The notes under the pieces were generated by a model. It searched no databases. It saw nothing but the letters and a program-made list of their open reading frames with translations, and was not told where the DNA came from. Shown one piece after another: positions 1 to 11,629 of a DNA stretch of 64,000 nt (its first letter is position 1; the number at the start of each line of letters is the position of its first letter). A program made the position numbers and the translations under genes. Source of the stretch: Scyliorhinus canicula (taxonomy: Eukaryota); assembly GCF_902713615.1 (NCBI RefSeq), contig NC_052148.1:105703098-105767097 (forward strand). Reading direction: 5' to 3'.

Positions 1-816
1 AGGGGTGTGGAAGGTAATAGTGAGGGGGTGGGTGTCCTTATATGCAGGTGACTTGTTATATAACTCAGAGCCAAGCTCTTCGGTGGGGGACATAATGGGT
101 TTGCTTCAGAGATTTGGGACTTTTTCAGGGTACAAACTGAATTTAGGGAAAAGTGAGTACTTTATGGTCTTGGGTCGAAGAGGGGGCATTGATTTACGGG
201 AGGATTTTGGAGGATGGGGTGTCCAAGGAGGGGGTTAAGGCGGAGGGACTGTGGTGCGAGATGCTGCAGAGGGGATATGCCTCGACTTTGTGCGGGAGAC
301 TGATACAGCTGAAGGGAGGTGTACAGGGCGCATCTTACAAAGTCTAGGATGAGCCGGATGTTCGAAGGAGTGGAGGATGTCTGTCAGTGATGTGGTAGGG
401 GCCCTGCGAACCATGTACATATGTTTTGATCCTGCCAGAAGCTGGAAAGGTTTTGGAAGACGGTGTGCAGCGCCAACTCAGGGCTTTTACATGTGGATGT
501 GGAGCCCTGTCTCCTAGAAGCCATATTCGGAGTGTAAGGCCAGCTAGAGGTGCAGGCGGGTGCGGGGCATATGTTATAGCCTTGGCCTCGCTGATTGCTC
601 GCAGGCGGGTCTTGTTGGGGTGGAGGTCAGCTTCTCCACCCTGTACCTCGGAGTTGCGGGAGGACCTGTGATGGGTTCTACAATTGTTTTGGGATTTGTT
701 TATCATGCATTTTCAAGAGTTGATTACCATTGGCTTTTGCTGGGTGGTTTGGTGGGGTTGTTGTAAATTGTAAAATTGTTGAAAATTTGTGGAACAAAAA
801 TACTGAAAAAAAAAAC
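1..816 (+). mobile_element. Decayed L1 ORF2 3' fragments with poly(A)
   Basis: VSLYAGDLL, FSGYKLNLGKSE, LASLIARRRVLLGW; A-tail at ~806-816. Confidence 0.75.
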
Positions 817-1075
817 ATGCAGTGTATACAATCTACAAGATACATTGCAGTAACTTACCAAGACTCCTTCGAAAGCACCTTCTAACTTATAAGGGCACCT
901 AGAAGGACAAAGGCAGCAGACACATGGGACCACCCACAAGTTACATTTCAAATCACGCACCACCTTGACTTGGAAATATATTGCCATCTCTTTACTATCA
1001 CTGGGTCAAAATCCTGGAACTCCCTTCATGCACCGTGGGTGTCCCAACAACACAAGGACTGCAGTGATTCAAAAA

Positions 1076-1219
1076 TGTGGCGATGCGGCATTGGACTGGG
1101 GTGGGCACAGTAAGAGGTTAAAATCCAACAGGTTTATTTGAAATCGCAAGCTTTTGGAGCGTTTGTGATTTCAAATAAACCTATTGGGACTTTAACCTGG
1201 TGTTGTGAGACTTCTTTCT
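1076..1219. mobile_element. Fold-back Penelope pLTR fragment
   Basis: Inverted pLTR halves; TSD GTGATTCAAAAA at 1064-1075 and 1220-1231. Confidence 0.8.
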
Positions 1220-1659
1220 GTGATTCAAAAAGGCAGCTCACCATTACCTTCTTAAGAGCAAATAGGACGGGCAATAAATGTTGGCTTAGCCAGTGACACC
1301 CACATCCCATGATCAAATAATAAAAAAAAGCATAATTTACTTCAAGTTCCTGTGATCAACTTGCAGTTTTTATGTGCATGATTAAAACGAATGAAAGACT
1401 TTAATTTATGTGGTCCCTTTCACAACCTTAGGGTGCCCTAAAGCATTTTAGAGTCAATGACATATTTTGACATATAGCCTCTATTTTAATGTACAAAATG
1501 CAGCAGCTAACTTACACACAACAATCTCCCAAATAACCAGTTTATCTGTTTTAACAATCTGTTTAGTTGAGTGATAAACATGAACCAGTACTGTAGCAGA
1601 ACTCCTCTGCTCTTCTGTAAAATAGTGTCACGGGATTCAAAGTCAATAATTAACGAAGT

Positions 1660-2030
1660 TCGTTAGAGAGAAGGTTAAGAGGTGCCTTAATTGAGGCATA
1701 CAAGATGATCAGAGGATTGGATAGGGTGGACCGTGAGAGCCTTTTTCCTTGGATGGTGATGGCTAGCACGAGGGGACATAGCTTTAAATTGAGGGGAGAT
1801 AGATATAGGACAGATGTCAGAGGTAGGTTCTTTACTCAGAGAGTAGTAATGTCCTGCGTGGACTGCCCTGCCTGCAACAGTAGTGGACTCGCCAACATTA
1901 AGGGCATTTAAATGGTCATTGGATAAACATATGGATGATAAGGGAATAGTGTAGATGGGCTGTAGATTGGTTTCACATGTCGGTGCAACATCGAGGGCCG
2001 AAGGGCCTGTACTGCGCTGTAATGTTCTAT
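1660..2030 (+). mobile_element. CR1 3' end
   Basis: IRGLDRVD...TRGHSFKLRG...FFTQRVV and CR1 3'UTR. Confidence 0.8.
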
Positions 2031-3020
2031 TGGATGGATTGGATTTGTTTATTGTCACGTGTACCAAGGTACAGTGAAAATTATTTTTCTGCGAGCAGCG
2101 CAAACAGATCATTAAGTACATGGGAAGAAAAGAAAATACATAATAGGGCAAACTCGTTGGAATTTAGAAGGATGAGGGGGGATCTTATAGAAACATTTAA
2201 AATTATGAAGAGAATAGATAGGATAGATGCGGGCAGGTTGTTTCCACTGGCGGGTGACAGCAGAACTAGGGGGCATAGCCTCAAAATAAGGGGAAGTAGA
2301 TTTAGAACTGAGTTTAGGAGGAACTTCTTCACCCAAAGGGTTGTGAATCTATGGAATTCCTTGCCCAGTGAAGCAGTTGAGGCTCCTTCATTACATGTTT
2401 TTAAGGTAAAGATAGATAGTTTTTTGAAGAATAAAGGGATTAAGGGTTATGGTGTTCGGGCCGGAAAGTGGAGCTGAGTCCACAAAAAATCAGCTATGAT
2501 CTAATTGAATGGCGGAGCAGGCTCGAGGGGCCAGATGGCCTACTCCTGCTCCTAGTTCTTATGTTCTTATATTAACACAAGCTATACAATGTAACTACAC
2601 AAGCACCAGCATCGTATGAAGCATATAGGGTAGTCTTAATGAGGTCAGTCCATAAGAGGGTCTTTTAGGAGTCTGGTAACAGCGGGGTAGAAGCTCTTTT
2701 TGAGTCTGTCCATGCGTGTTCTCAGACTTCTGTATCTCCTGCCTGATGGAAGAAGTTGGAAGAGTAAGTAAGCCGGGTGGGAAGTGTCTTTGATTATGCT
2801 GTCCGCTTTCCCCAGGCAGCGGGAGGTGTAAATGGAGTCAATGGATAGGAGGCAGGTTTGTGTGATGGACTGGGCGGTGTTCACGACTCTCTGAAGTTTC
2901 TTGGGGTCCTGGGCCGAGCAGTTGCCATACCAGGCTGTGATGCAGCCAGATAGGATGCTTTCTATGGTGCATCTGTAAAGGTTGGTAAGGGTTAATGTGG
3001 ACATGCCGAATTTCCTTAGG
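2030..3020 (-). mobile_element. Rex1/Babar-like LINE 3' end
   Basis: LTNLYRCTIESILSGCITAWYGN...LFQLLPSGRRYRS...SFYPAVTRLL; AATAAA plus short repeat tail at ~2031-2056. Confidence 0.75.
2150..2570 (+). mobile_element. CR1 3' end inserted into a Rex1/Babar fragment
   Basis: LEFRRMRGDLIETFK...NFFTQRVVNLWNSLP; (TTCTTATG)n tail. Confidence 0.85.
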
Positions 3021-3319
3021 GCGACGTATTGTCAAGGTGCAGTGCATCTTCTCAGGACAAGTGGACCTCACGATCAGTCAACAGAAAAGCACATTTCTGC
3101 TGGACAATGTTGGTCCCATTAACTTTTGTGTTGCTTTCTTCTACTTGGTCGCTATTCTGAAATGTTCTATTTAGAGCCCAACCAGCTTCAACCTAATGTC
3201 ACTATATTAGGACCATTGGGCAGTTTGTGGCAGTGGCAGGCCTTGTAAGGGTTCAAACTAAATTTGCAATACTGTAGCAAGCCAATAAACTTGAGAACTT
3301 TTAAGTAGTAAACCATAAA

Positions 3320-3655
3320 GGGCGGCTCGGTCGCACAATGGTTAGCACTGTTGCTTCACAGCTCCAGGGTCCCAGGTTCGATTCCTGGCTTGGGTCATTG
3401 CCTGTGAGGAGTCTGCACGTTCTCCCAGTGTCTGTGTGGGTTTCCTCCGGGTGCTCTGGTTTCCTCCCACAGTCAAAAGATGTGCAGGTTAGGTGGATTG
3501 GCCATGCTAAATTGTCCTTAGTGTGCAAAAAGATTAGGTGGGGTTATTGGGTTATGGGGATGGGGTGGAGGCGTGGGCTTAAGTAGGGTGCTCTTTCCAA
3601 GGCCCAGTGCAGACTCAATGAGCCAAATGGCCTCCTTCTGCACTGAAAATTCTCT
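3320..3655 (+). repeat. HE1-type tRNA-derived SINE (representative copy)
   Basis: tRNA-like A/B boxes, conserved core GTGGGTTTCCTCCGGGTGCTC and CR1-like tail; similar copies at ~6630, 9843, 10775, 12228, 12805, 16505, 17320, 20995, 22205, 23068, 24600, 34220, 48665, 50430, 51090, 55186 and 56262. Confidence 0.8.
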
Positions 3656-3740
3656 AATAAAAATCTCAAACTGAAGCACGCATTAAGAAATTCAAAAATA
3701 TTCAACTATAATTATTAGAAATATAAATTGCTGGACCAAC

Positions 3741-3903
3741 CTAATTCAGTCACCTGTCGGTCAAATGGACAACGTATCGCTCTCCCCTGCAGTGGAAGGC
3801 GGGTGAGACAATCATGGCAGACAGTATGACCACAAAGGAGCAAGCGAGGTACTTTGTCTCCCTGCAGCGAGAATACGTCTTCACAAACTCCACATTCCAG
3901 AAC
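3741..3903 (-). CDS. TRIM23: TRIM23 coding exon 2 (RING finger)
   Basis: ttttAG|GTT...TTAG|GTtggt; 163 nt translating VLECGVCEDVFSLQGDKVPRLLLCGHTVCHDCLTRLPLQGRAIRCPFDRQVTELG, near-identical to the recalled human TRIM23 RING; later exons lie left of the window. Confidence 0.96.
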
Positions 3904-5133
3904 CTAAAAATTAAGAGAGTGAATGAATAAATTGCTGCATGAAGTACAGCACAAAGCTAAACCAACTAAACAAAATCCCAGATGCTGAAGAATTGGTTTG
4001 TACTGAGTGAGGGCAATCAGATATCTGGCAGGTTTCCTCTTCAATTATTATTCAATAACCTTAATAAATGTGCATACCTTGGTTGTCATGGCCAATGTGG
4101 TCATCAAACCAAATTGATTGCCCTATTCTCCTGAGAGCACCAAGATCTTTGCTGGGGCACGATTTCAACAATGCCAGTTATCCTCCAGTACTGTGACCTA
4201 GGTGAAGATTATTCATAAAAAGGTTTGGCAGTGAGTGCTGAATGGCTATTAAACCACACATCTCTTACAACCAAGCTTGGTCCCATTTTCACTATCTCCA
4301 TCTGAAATGAAATAGCAATCAAGAGTGAGAACAGACTGATTGCCATTCGTACTTCTGGGTTAGTGTGGGGGAAAATATAAAACTGCTATTTCCAACCCAA
4401 CAAGGATCAAAGCACGCTTAGGACTGAACCAACTTCTTTCTGATCATGAATAAACTCAAAGCCACGAAGGAAATATTTTATATTCTAAGTAATGTGAGTA
4501 CAGTTATTTGGTGGTTTAAAAAAATTCATTGTGTGGGCTGGTTAGGCCGGCATTTATTACCCATGCCCTTCAGAAGGTGGCAGTGAGTTACCTTCTTGAA
4601 CCGCTGCAGTCCCTGCGGTGTAGGTACACCCATAGTGCTGTTAGGGAGATAGTTCCAGGATTTTGACCCCAACAGTGAAGGAACAGCGATATATTTTCAA
4701 GCCAGGGTGGTGAGTGACTAGGGGGGGGGGGGGAACCTCCAGGTGGTGGGGTTCCCAGTTATCTGCTGGAACAAAACTTGAGTATTGCCGAAAAAATGAG
4801 AAGTGCTGCCAAAGGTTCTCATCTTGCATTCATCGTGACAGATTCGCAAGAACACCAATTCTGAAGGGAACAATACTGCATGAGAAGAGAGTGCTGATTG
4901 GTTGACAAATGGGTTCTGATTGATAAAGGCATTGCCATGGAGAATGCACCAGGGGATGGGAAACTGCCAAGTTATTTTTAAAATTCCAACCAGGCAGGTC
5001 GACTCTGATTTGTCAAGGTATTGCCATGGGAAATTAAGCCAGGAATGGTTGTCCCCCAAGCTTTTGTTTAACTGAAAAAGGTGCAATGTGTGGATGTGTT
5101 TTTACTGATTAGAAAAGGACATGACCCTGTATG

Positions 5134-5307
5134 AAATAAAAGCAAATTACTGCGGATGCTGGAATCTGAAACAAAAGGGAAAATGCTGGAAAATCTCAGC
5201 AAGTCTGGCAGCATCTGTAGGGAGAGAAAAGAGCTAACGTTTCGAGTCCGATGACTCTTTGTCAAAGCTGACAAAGCTTCGAGTCATTGGACTCGAAACG
5301 TTATCTC
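5134..5307 (-). mobile_element. Short Penelope-type element (second family) with inverted partial repeat
   Basis: TSD ACATGACCCTGTATG at 5119-5133 and 5308-5322; other copies at ~10981-11081, 12963-13059, 36327-36499 and 61420-61558. Confidence 0.8.
5232..5269 (-). ncRNA. Minimal type I hammerhead ribozyme motif, U3-A8 core variant
   Basis: Minus strand reads AGCU-UUGACAA-A-GAGUC-AUCG-GACUC-GAAA-CG-UU/AGCU: stem I, core, 5-bp stem II, palindromic AACGUU stem III and GUU triplet. Confidence 0.7.
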
Positions 5308-5599
5308 ACATGACCCTGTATGTCAATATGTAGCTTCTAACAAGCATAAGTGAGCACACTGAGAGCCCGATTGATGATCTTAAATTAGTTGTCAGTGTAA
5401 TGATTAGCACACTCAAGGTTGTTTAGTAAATGTTTTCCAATCGCAGAATCACATTTAATGTTGGACACTATGTTTTGGTCTTGCGAGCATGGATCGGTTG
5501 TGTACAGTCAGTACTTTGCTGCCAAAGAGACCTGCTGTTTGACACGATCATTCATTGGAATGTATGGCCTACATACCTGACATGACACCAGCACTAAAA

Positions 5600-7990
5600 T
5601 TCATAGAATCATAGAATTCATGTATGAAGATGGTGGCTGATCTTGAGCTTCAACTACATTTTCCCACCCAGTCCTCATATTTTTTGATTTCACGAGACCC
5701 CCAAAATCTGTCAATATCAGCCTTAAATACATTCAATGATGGCGCACCATAATCCTCTGGGATAGAGAATTCCAAAGATTCCTAACCCTCTGAGTGAAGA
5801 AATTTTTCATCGCCGTGCTAAATGATCAGCCCTTTATCCTGAAACTGTGCCTTGAAGCCTACCTGTGACAATAAGCTATTATTAGGGGCTGGTTTAGCAC
5901 AGGAATAAATCGCTGGCTTTGAAAGTAGACCAAGGCAGGCCAGCAGCACAGTTCAATTCCCGTACCAGCCTCCCCGAACAGGCGCCGGAATGTGGCAACT
6001 AGGGGCTTTTCACAGTGACTTAATTTGAAGACTACGTGTGACAATTAGCAATTTTCATTTCATTTCATTTACCAGTCAGGGAAAAGAACCTCTGTGTCTA
6101 ATCTGTCAATCGCCATCTGAATCACAAATGTTTCAATGAGATCATCTCTCATTCTTCTAAACTCCAACGGATATAGGCCCAAATTTACTCAGCCTCGCAT
6201 CATAGAGGGAACAATCCTGTGAACCTTCACTGTACTCCTTCCAATCAAATGTGGAGACCACTACTCTCCAAAGTCACATACAATTGTAGCAAGACTTATT
6301 TATTCTTATTCTCTATAATCCCCTTTCAATAAACATCAACATGACATTTGCTTTCCTAATTGCTTGCTGTACGTGCATGCAAACTTTCTGCAATCCTAGT
6401 CTGAGTACACTATCGCTCTGAACATCAGCATTTACAAGTTTCAAGCCTTTTTAAAAAAAAACATTTTATTAAGGTATTTGTAATTTTATAATAATAACAG
6501 TAACAACAGTAAACAATTCAAATCCAAATATAAATGTATTGCATAAATCATCTCCATCCCTAACAAGTCTCTCCTACCCAAAACACAAAATAGCCTAACT
6601 TCCCCTCCCCCCTTCCTTTTAAAAAGATGCTAGGGCGGAACAGTGGGTATTGCTGCCTCACAGCGACAGGGTCCTGGGTTCAATCCCGGCATTGGGTGGA
6701 TTTTGCACTTTTCCCTGTGTCTGCAAGAGTTTTGGTTTCCTCCCACAGTCCAAAGATAAGCAGGTTAGGTGGACTGGCCAAGCTAAATTGCCCCTTGGTG
6801 TCCAAAAATGTGCAGGTTAGGTCGGGTTACAAGTATAGGGTGGGGAGGTGGCTCTTTCAGAGTGTCAGTGCAGACTCAATGGGCCTAATGGCTTCCTTCT
6901 GCACTGTTGGAATTCTATGATTCAATGCTGTTTTTCTGTCCAGACGATCAAAGTGAATAAGCTCACACTTCCCCACGTAATACTCCACCTGCAACCTTGT
7001 TACCCATTCACTTAACCTGTCCACATCTCTTTGCAGCCTCTGTGTCCTCCTCACAGCTTACATTCCTATCTGGTTTTGCATCATCACCAAATGTAGATTC
7101 ATTACTCTGTGTCTTTGTCGAAGTCAATACTATAGATTGTAAATAGCTGAAATACAGCATAGATCCTTGTGACACTCCACAAGTCATTGCCTGCCAACTT
7201 GAAAATGCTCTAGTTATCCCGACTCTCCGCTTCTTGTCTGTTAACCAATCCTCTCTCCGTGCTAATATATCACCCCCAACTCCATGAGCCACTATCTCGT
7301 TGTCTGGCATCTTAATGTTGAATGTTGTTGGAACTGTACTCATCCAAGCTAGTTGAGAGTATTCCATCACACCCCTGACTTTTGGAAATTCAAATATACA
7401 ACATCTACTGATTCCCTTTCAGCTACTCTACTAGTTACACCCTCAAAAAACTCTAATAAATTTGTCAAACAGAACTTTCCTTTCATAAAACAATGCTGAC
7501 TTGTTCTAATCATTCTATGCTTTTCTAAATGCATCATTTGAGACATCCTTCATACAGTAATAGATTAAACACTTGCCTGATGACTGTTGTCAGGCTAACT
7601 GGCCTGTAGTCCCGTTTTCTCTCGCCTTCCTTTCTTGAATAGCAGTGTTATATTTGCTAACTTCTAAGCTGCTGGCACCCTTCCAAAATAGAGGGAATTT
7701 TGTAAAATCATAGCCAGCACACCCACTATTTCTGCAGCTATCCATTTTAGAATCCTAGGATATAGGCCATCAGGTCCTGTGGATTTGTACAATTTTAGTC
7801 CATTGAGTTTCTCCAATATTTTTTGCCTGCTAATATTAATTACCTAAACTTCTTCACTCATATTAGCCTCTATGTTATCCTCGATTTCTGGTATGTAATT
7901 TGTGTCTTCTATTGTGAAGAAAGATACAAAATATCTGTTCAATGTCTTTGCCATTTCCTCATTCTCCATGATAGTTTCTCCTGCTTCTTG
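5600..7990 (-). mobile_element. Degraded CR1 fragments with nested SINEs and L1 tail
   Basis: FGDDAK, QRLQRDVDRLSEW and NYRPVSL-like remnants; boundaries approximate. Confidence 0.6.
5885..6070 (+). repeat. Short tRNA-headed SINE with (TTTCA)n tail
   Basis: GGGGCTGGTTTAGCAC head; tail shared with copies at ~21200-21300 and 24600-24680. Confidence 0.65.
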
Positions 7991-8319
7991 CTTATAATGG
8001 TCCAATATTGCTAGTTCAGCTACTCTTTTTTATATAATTGTTTTAATTAGTTGTTTTTTATATCTTTCTGGTTAGCTTATTCTCACATTCCATTTTTTTC
8101 CCTTTTTGATTATCTCTTTGGTGGCCGTTGGTCGGTGACTCGGAATTCTGCGACAAATAGCTCACCTCTGGCTCCACAAAGCCTGTCCGAACAACATCAC
8201 ATGGACTACAGCGGTTCAATAACGCAGCACATCACCAATCTTTCAATGCAAGATGGCTAACAAATGCTGGCCTTGCCGGAAAATGCTCACGTTTCATGAA
8301 TTACTTTTTTTTTAAATCC

Positions 8320-8710
8320 AGGAAAGATGTGGCAGACATTCAAAGCCTTGAGAGAGGAGGGGGAGGTTGGAGATGGGGCAGTATTTGCAATGACAGAAGG
8401 GGGTGATGATTGCTTTTCTTTGACTGGAAGGGTGATGACAGTACATTTGAAGGAGGGGAAGTACCCAAAGAGAAAACTTAGCAATATTGACTAACATAGA
8501 GCAGGAAGGGATGTTCGTGGTTATCGATTTAGTGGGAATAGGGAGCAGGAAATGGGCCTTATGAACAAGATGTGCTTGGAGAGCAGAGAATCCCTACAGT
8601 GCCGAAGGAGGCCATTTGGCCCATCGAGTCTTATTCGAGGGGCGATAGGACAAGGATACAAAGTCAGGTTGAGGCAGGGGGAGCAGTTTGGCCCAGTGAC
8701 CTGGGGAAGG
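8320..8710 (-). mobile_element. Ancient L2 RT remnant
   Basis: PSFKCTVIT... and YCPISNLPLLS resemble L2 'NYRPISNLPFLSK'. Confidence 0.5.
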
Positions 8711-8856
8711 TGGAAGAGGATAGTCTCAATCCCAAAGACGTAGCGGTCCCTGCACTTTGCGGGGGGCGGGGATACCAGGCCTGCAGATCCGAGCTACAAA
8801 TCAAGTCCTATCCCTGGAGTGAGTGAGATTTGGGTGCGCGCAGAGGCCGGACTCAC

Positions 8857-8937
8857 CTTGACGGAGCAGCCGGTGGCGCCCCGCAGGCTGCGGGGGCCGC
8901 TCTCCGCCACCGGCAGCTTCAGCGGAGCGGCCGCCAT
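8857..8937 (-). CDS. TRIM23: TRIM23 (ARD1) coding exon 1
   Basis: GC-rich exon ATG...AAG|GTGAGT encoding MAAAPLKLPVAESGPRSLRGATGCSVK (81 nt, phase 0); splices in frame to the RING exon at 3741-3903; divergent to TRAPPC13 as in other vertebrates. Confidence 0.9.
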
Positions 8938-9615
8938 TGCGGAATGTACCAAACCCCACACAGCGGGAAGGGGGGCATTCAACAGCTCCAAATCACAACT
9001 CGGCAGCATTCCATTAGAGATAACAAAATAGCTTCACATAACACCCCAGCAAATAATTCAGCATATTTGCCCTTACCGCCATTGACTCTTACATACCTCA
9101 TATATTGACCCTGTTTAAAAAAAAATTAAATCTTCCCTCAAATCCCGATGGTACTGTCCGAATGTTCCTGCGCATCACAATGGGCTGGCAAACTGCGTAT
9201 GCTCACACTGTGGATCTTGGCTTCACCTCAGAACTCAGATGTTGACGCGAGTGTAGGCACCTGGGGCAGGGGTTATTCATGTCACCCAGGCAGCTTTAGT
9301 TAGTCTCCCAAAAATGCATCTCACCAGGTCCTTACGCAAAGGAGATTATCACGAAATAGTAGAGTTTAACCTATAGAAAATACAGAATGAAGTTCAGGGG
9401 ATCTCCGTGAAACTGTTCAACAGCACAGATGAGTTTACAGGATATGAAGGACGAGGACTGAGGTCACTTGGTCCATATCAGAACATCGAGCCAAAAGCAT
9501 CCTGTAACTTTATTTTGCACTACCTCATTGCATCGTAAATACATTCAGGGTTTTCACCTCCATGACTCTCACAGAAGCCCCCATTCCAAGCATTCTGCAT
9601 TCAGATGAATTAACA

Positions 9616-10673
9616 CAGTGTTCTTCAAACTTTTTTTCCGGCAACCCATTTTTACCAACAGGCCAACCGTCGGGACCCAACCCGGCCGACCTTCGTGACC
9701 CACGCCGGCCGACCTTTGAGACCCACGCCGGCGATCTGCGCAACCCACCATTTTCTCTTACCTTGTTTGCTGCTGACAAAAATGGAGGAAACGGTTTTGG
9801 ATTCCTTTGGCCCTCGTACACACTCCTCCAATGGAACCTGTTAGAACATAGAACAGCACAGAACAGGCCCTTCGGCCCTCAATGTTGTGCCGAGCCATGA
9901 TCACCCTACTCAAACCCACGTATCCACCCTATACCCGTAAACCAACAACCCCCCCCCTTAACCTTACTTTTTATTAGGACACTACGGGCAATTTAGCATG
10001 GCCAATCCACCTAACCTGCACATCTTTGGACTGTGGGAGGAAACCGGAGCACCCGGAGGAAACCCACGCACACGGGGAGGACGTGCAGACTCCACACAGA
10101 CAGTGACTCAGCCGGGAATCGAACCTGGGACCCTGGAGCTGTGAAGCATTTATGCTAACCACCATGTTGGTTGGTAAAACCATGTTGGATGAACGGGAAG
10201 TCTTCCGGTGTCGGAAAGTATGGAGTCCCCATCTGTCCAAAGTTCAGAGTTTTTTTCCTGTAAAATTTTATCAAATAAACCCCCCCCCCCAACTTGTAAA
10301 ATAAAATAAAAAATAAAATAAGTTAAATAAATGAAAAAAATGAATAAACCCCACCCGAACTTGTAAAAAAATAAAATAAAATAAATGAAAAAAATAAAAA
10401 TTAAATGAATAAAATAAATGAATAAAAACCACTACAGAACTTGTAAACCAAAAAGCTGCAACCATTAAAAAAAATAGCGGCCGCACTGCGCATGCGTGCC
10501 CGATCATCGTACGTGCATGCGCAATGCGGCCAAATTTTTTTTACATGTTTGCGGCCGCTTGCAGCCGGCGTTATGAAAAGCCGGCTGCTGCATGGGGATT
10601 TGCGCGATTGGGAGCGCCGCGGACAACGGCTCCGCAACCCTCCCGACACCGCCCATGACTTTGAAGAACACTG
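9616..10673. mobile_element. Non-autonomous hAT DNA transposon with nested SINE
   Basis: 14-bp TIR CAGTGTTCTTCAAA / TTTGAAGAACACTG; perfect 8-bp TSD AATTAACA at 9608-9615 and 10674-10681; subterminal GACCCA-containing repeats; SINE at ~9843-10165. Confidence 0.92.
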
Positions 10674-11226
10674 AATTAACAGACATCAACCTTAAAATTA
10701 CCTTTTACAACAAAAGCTGGCATTTATTTGGCATATTTAACATAGTGTTGGGTAAACCATATCTTCACAAACTGGGTGGCGCAGTGGTTAGCACTGCTGC
10801 CTCCACACGAAGGACCCGGGTTCAATTCCAGCCTTAGGTGATTGTGTGGAGTTAGCACTCTCCCCCTGTGTCTGCGTGGGTTTCCTCCCACAGTCCAAAG
10901 ATGTGTTGGTTAGATGGATTGGCTATGCTAAATTCCCTCTCGGTGTTCAAAGGTATGCCAAGGTGGGGTGCTCTTTCAGATACAAAAACAGAAAATACTG
11001 AACAATCTCAGCAAGTCTGACAGCATCTGTGGAGAGAAAAGGGAGCTAACGTTTCAAGTCTGGATGACTCTTTGTCAATGCTGCTCTTTCAGACAGCTGG
11101 CGTAGACTTTATGGGCCAAATTGCCTCCTTCTGCACTGTAGGAGTTCTACTTCTATGTATTTTTTTCTTTTATAATATTAAGGACACTATCATTTGGACA
11201 TTTGGATTTTCTTTTGAAGTTGTGAG

Positions 11227-11629
11227 TGATGTGTTAGGCAGGTTGGTTCGACGTTGACTGCAACTGGATGCAGGGAAGCTAGAAACAAACGTCTGACACA
11301 GGAGATGATCCAACACTGTTTTATTTAACTATGGACTGCTGTACATATTCAGTTGTGAGTTGACACTCTACTAATCCAACTGATGACCTCTTACTGGCTT
11401 GACCAGACTTACTAGCTACCGCATGGTGATAGTGCTCACTAACTTGTGCACTCTGACTGCCTCATTAGCTGGGTCCTGAGAGAGGGAGAGTCTTAATGCC
11501 CTGTGGGCTTTATAGTGGTGGTGTCCTGTCTGGTGATTGGTTGTTCTGTGTTGTGTGTTCATTGGTCATCCTGTATGTCAATCACTGCCTGTCTGCATCT
11601 CATTATGTACATAAGTGGATTTTATGACA
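11227..11629 (-). mobile_element. Solo LTR (403 bp)
   Basis: TG...CA termini; 5-bp TSD GTGAG (11222-11226 / 11630-11634); minus-strand TATAAA and AATAAA. Confidence 0.88.

Noticed and set aside
3301-3586. Recurrent small ORFs such as 'VWSLHVLPVSAWVSSGCSGFLPQSKDVQVRWIGHAKL'
   Set aside because: Translations of the SINE core repeated across the window; not protein genes
8794-9009. 71-aa single-exon ORF
   Set aside because: It is TRIM23 exon 1 plus UTR and intron read-through past the GTGAGT donor
9675-9748. Short spaced repeats resembling a CRISPR array
   Set aside because: Tandem subterminal repeats of a hAT element without unique spacers; eukaryotic context, no cas genes
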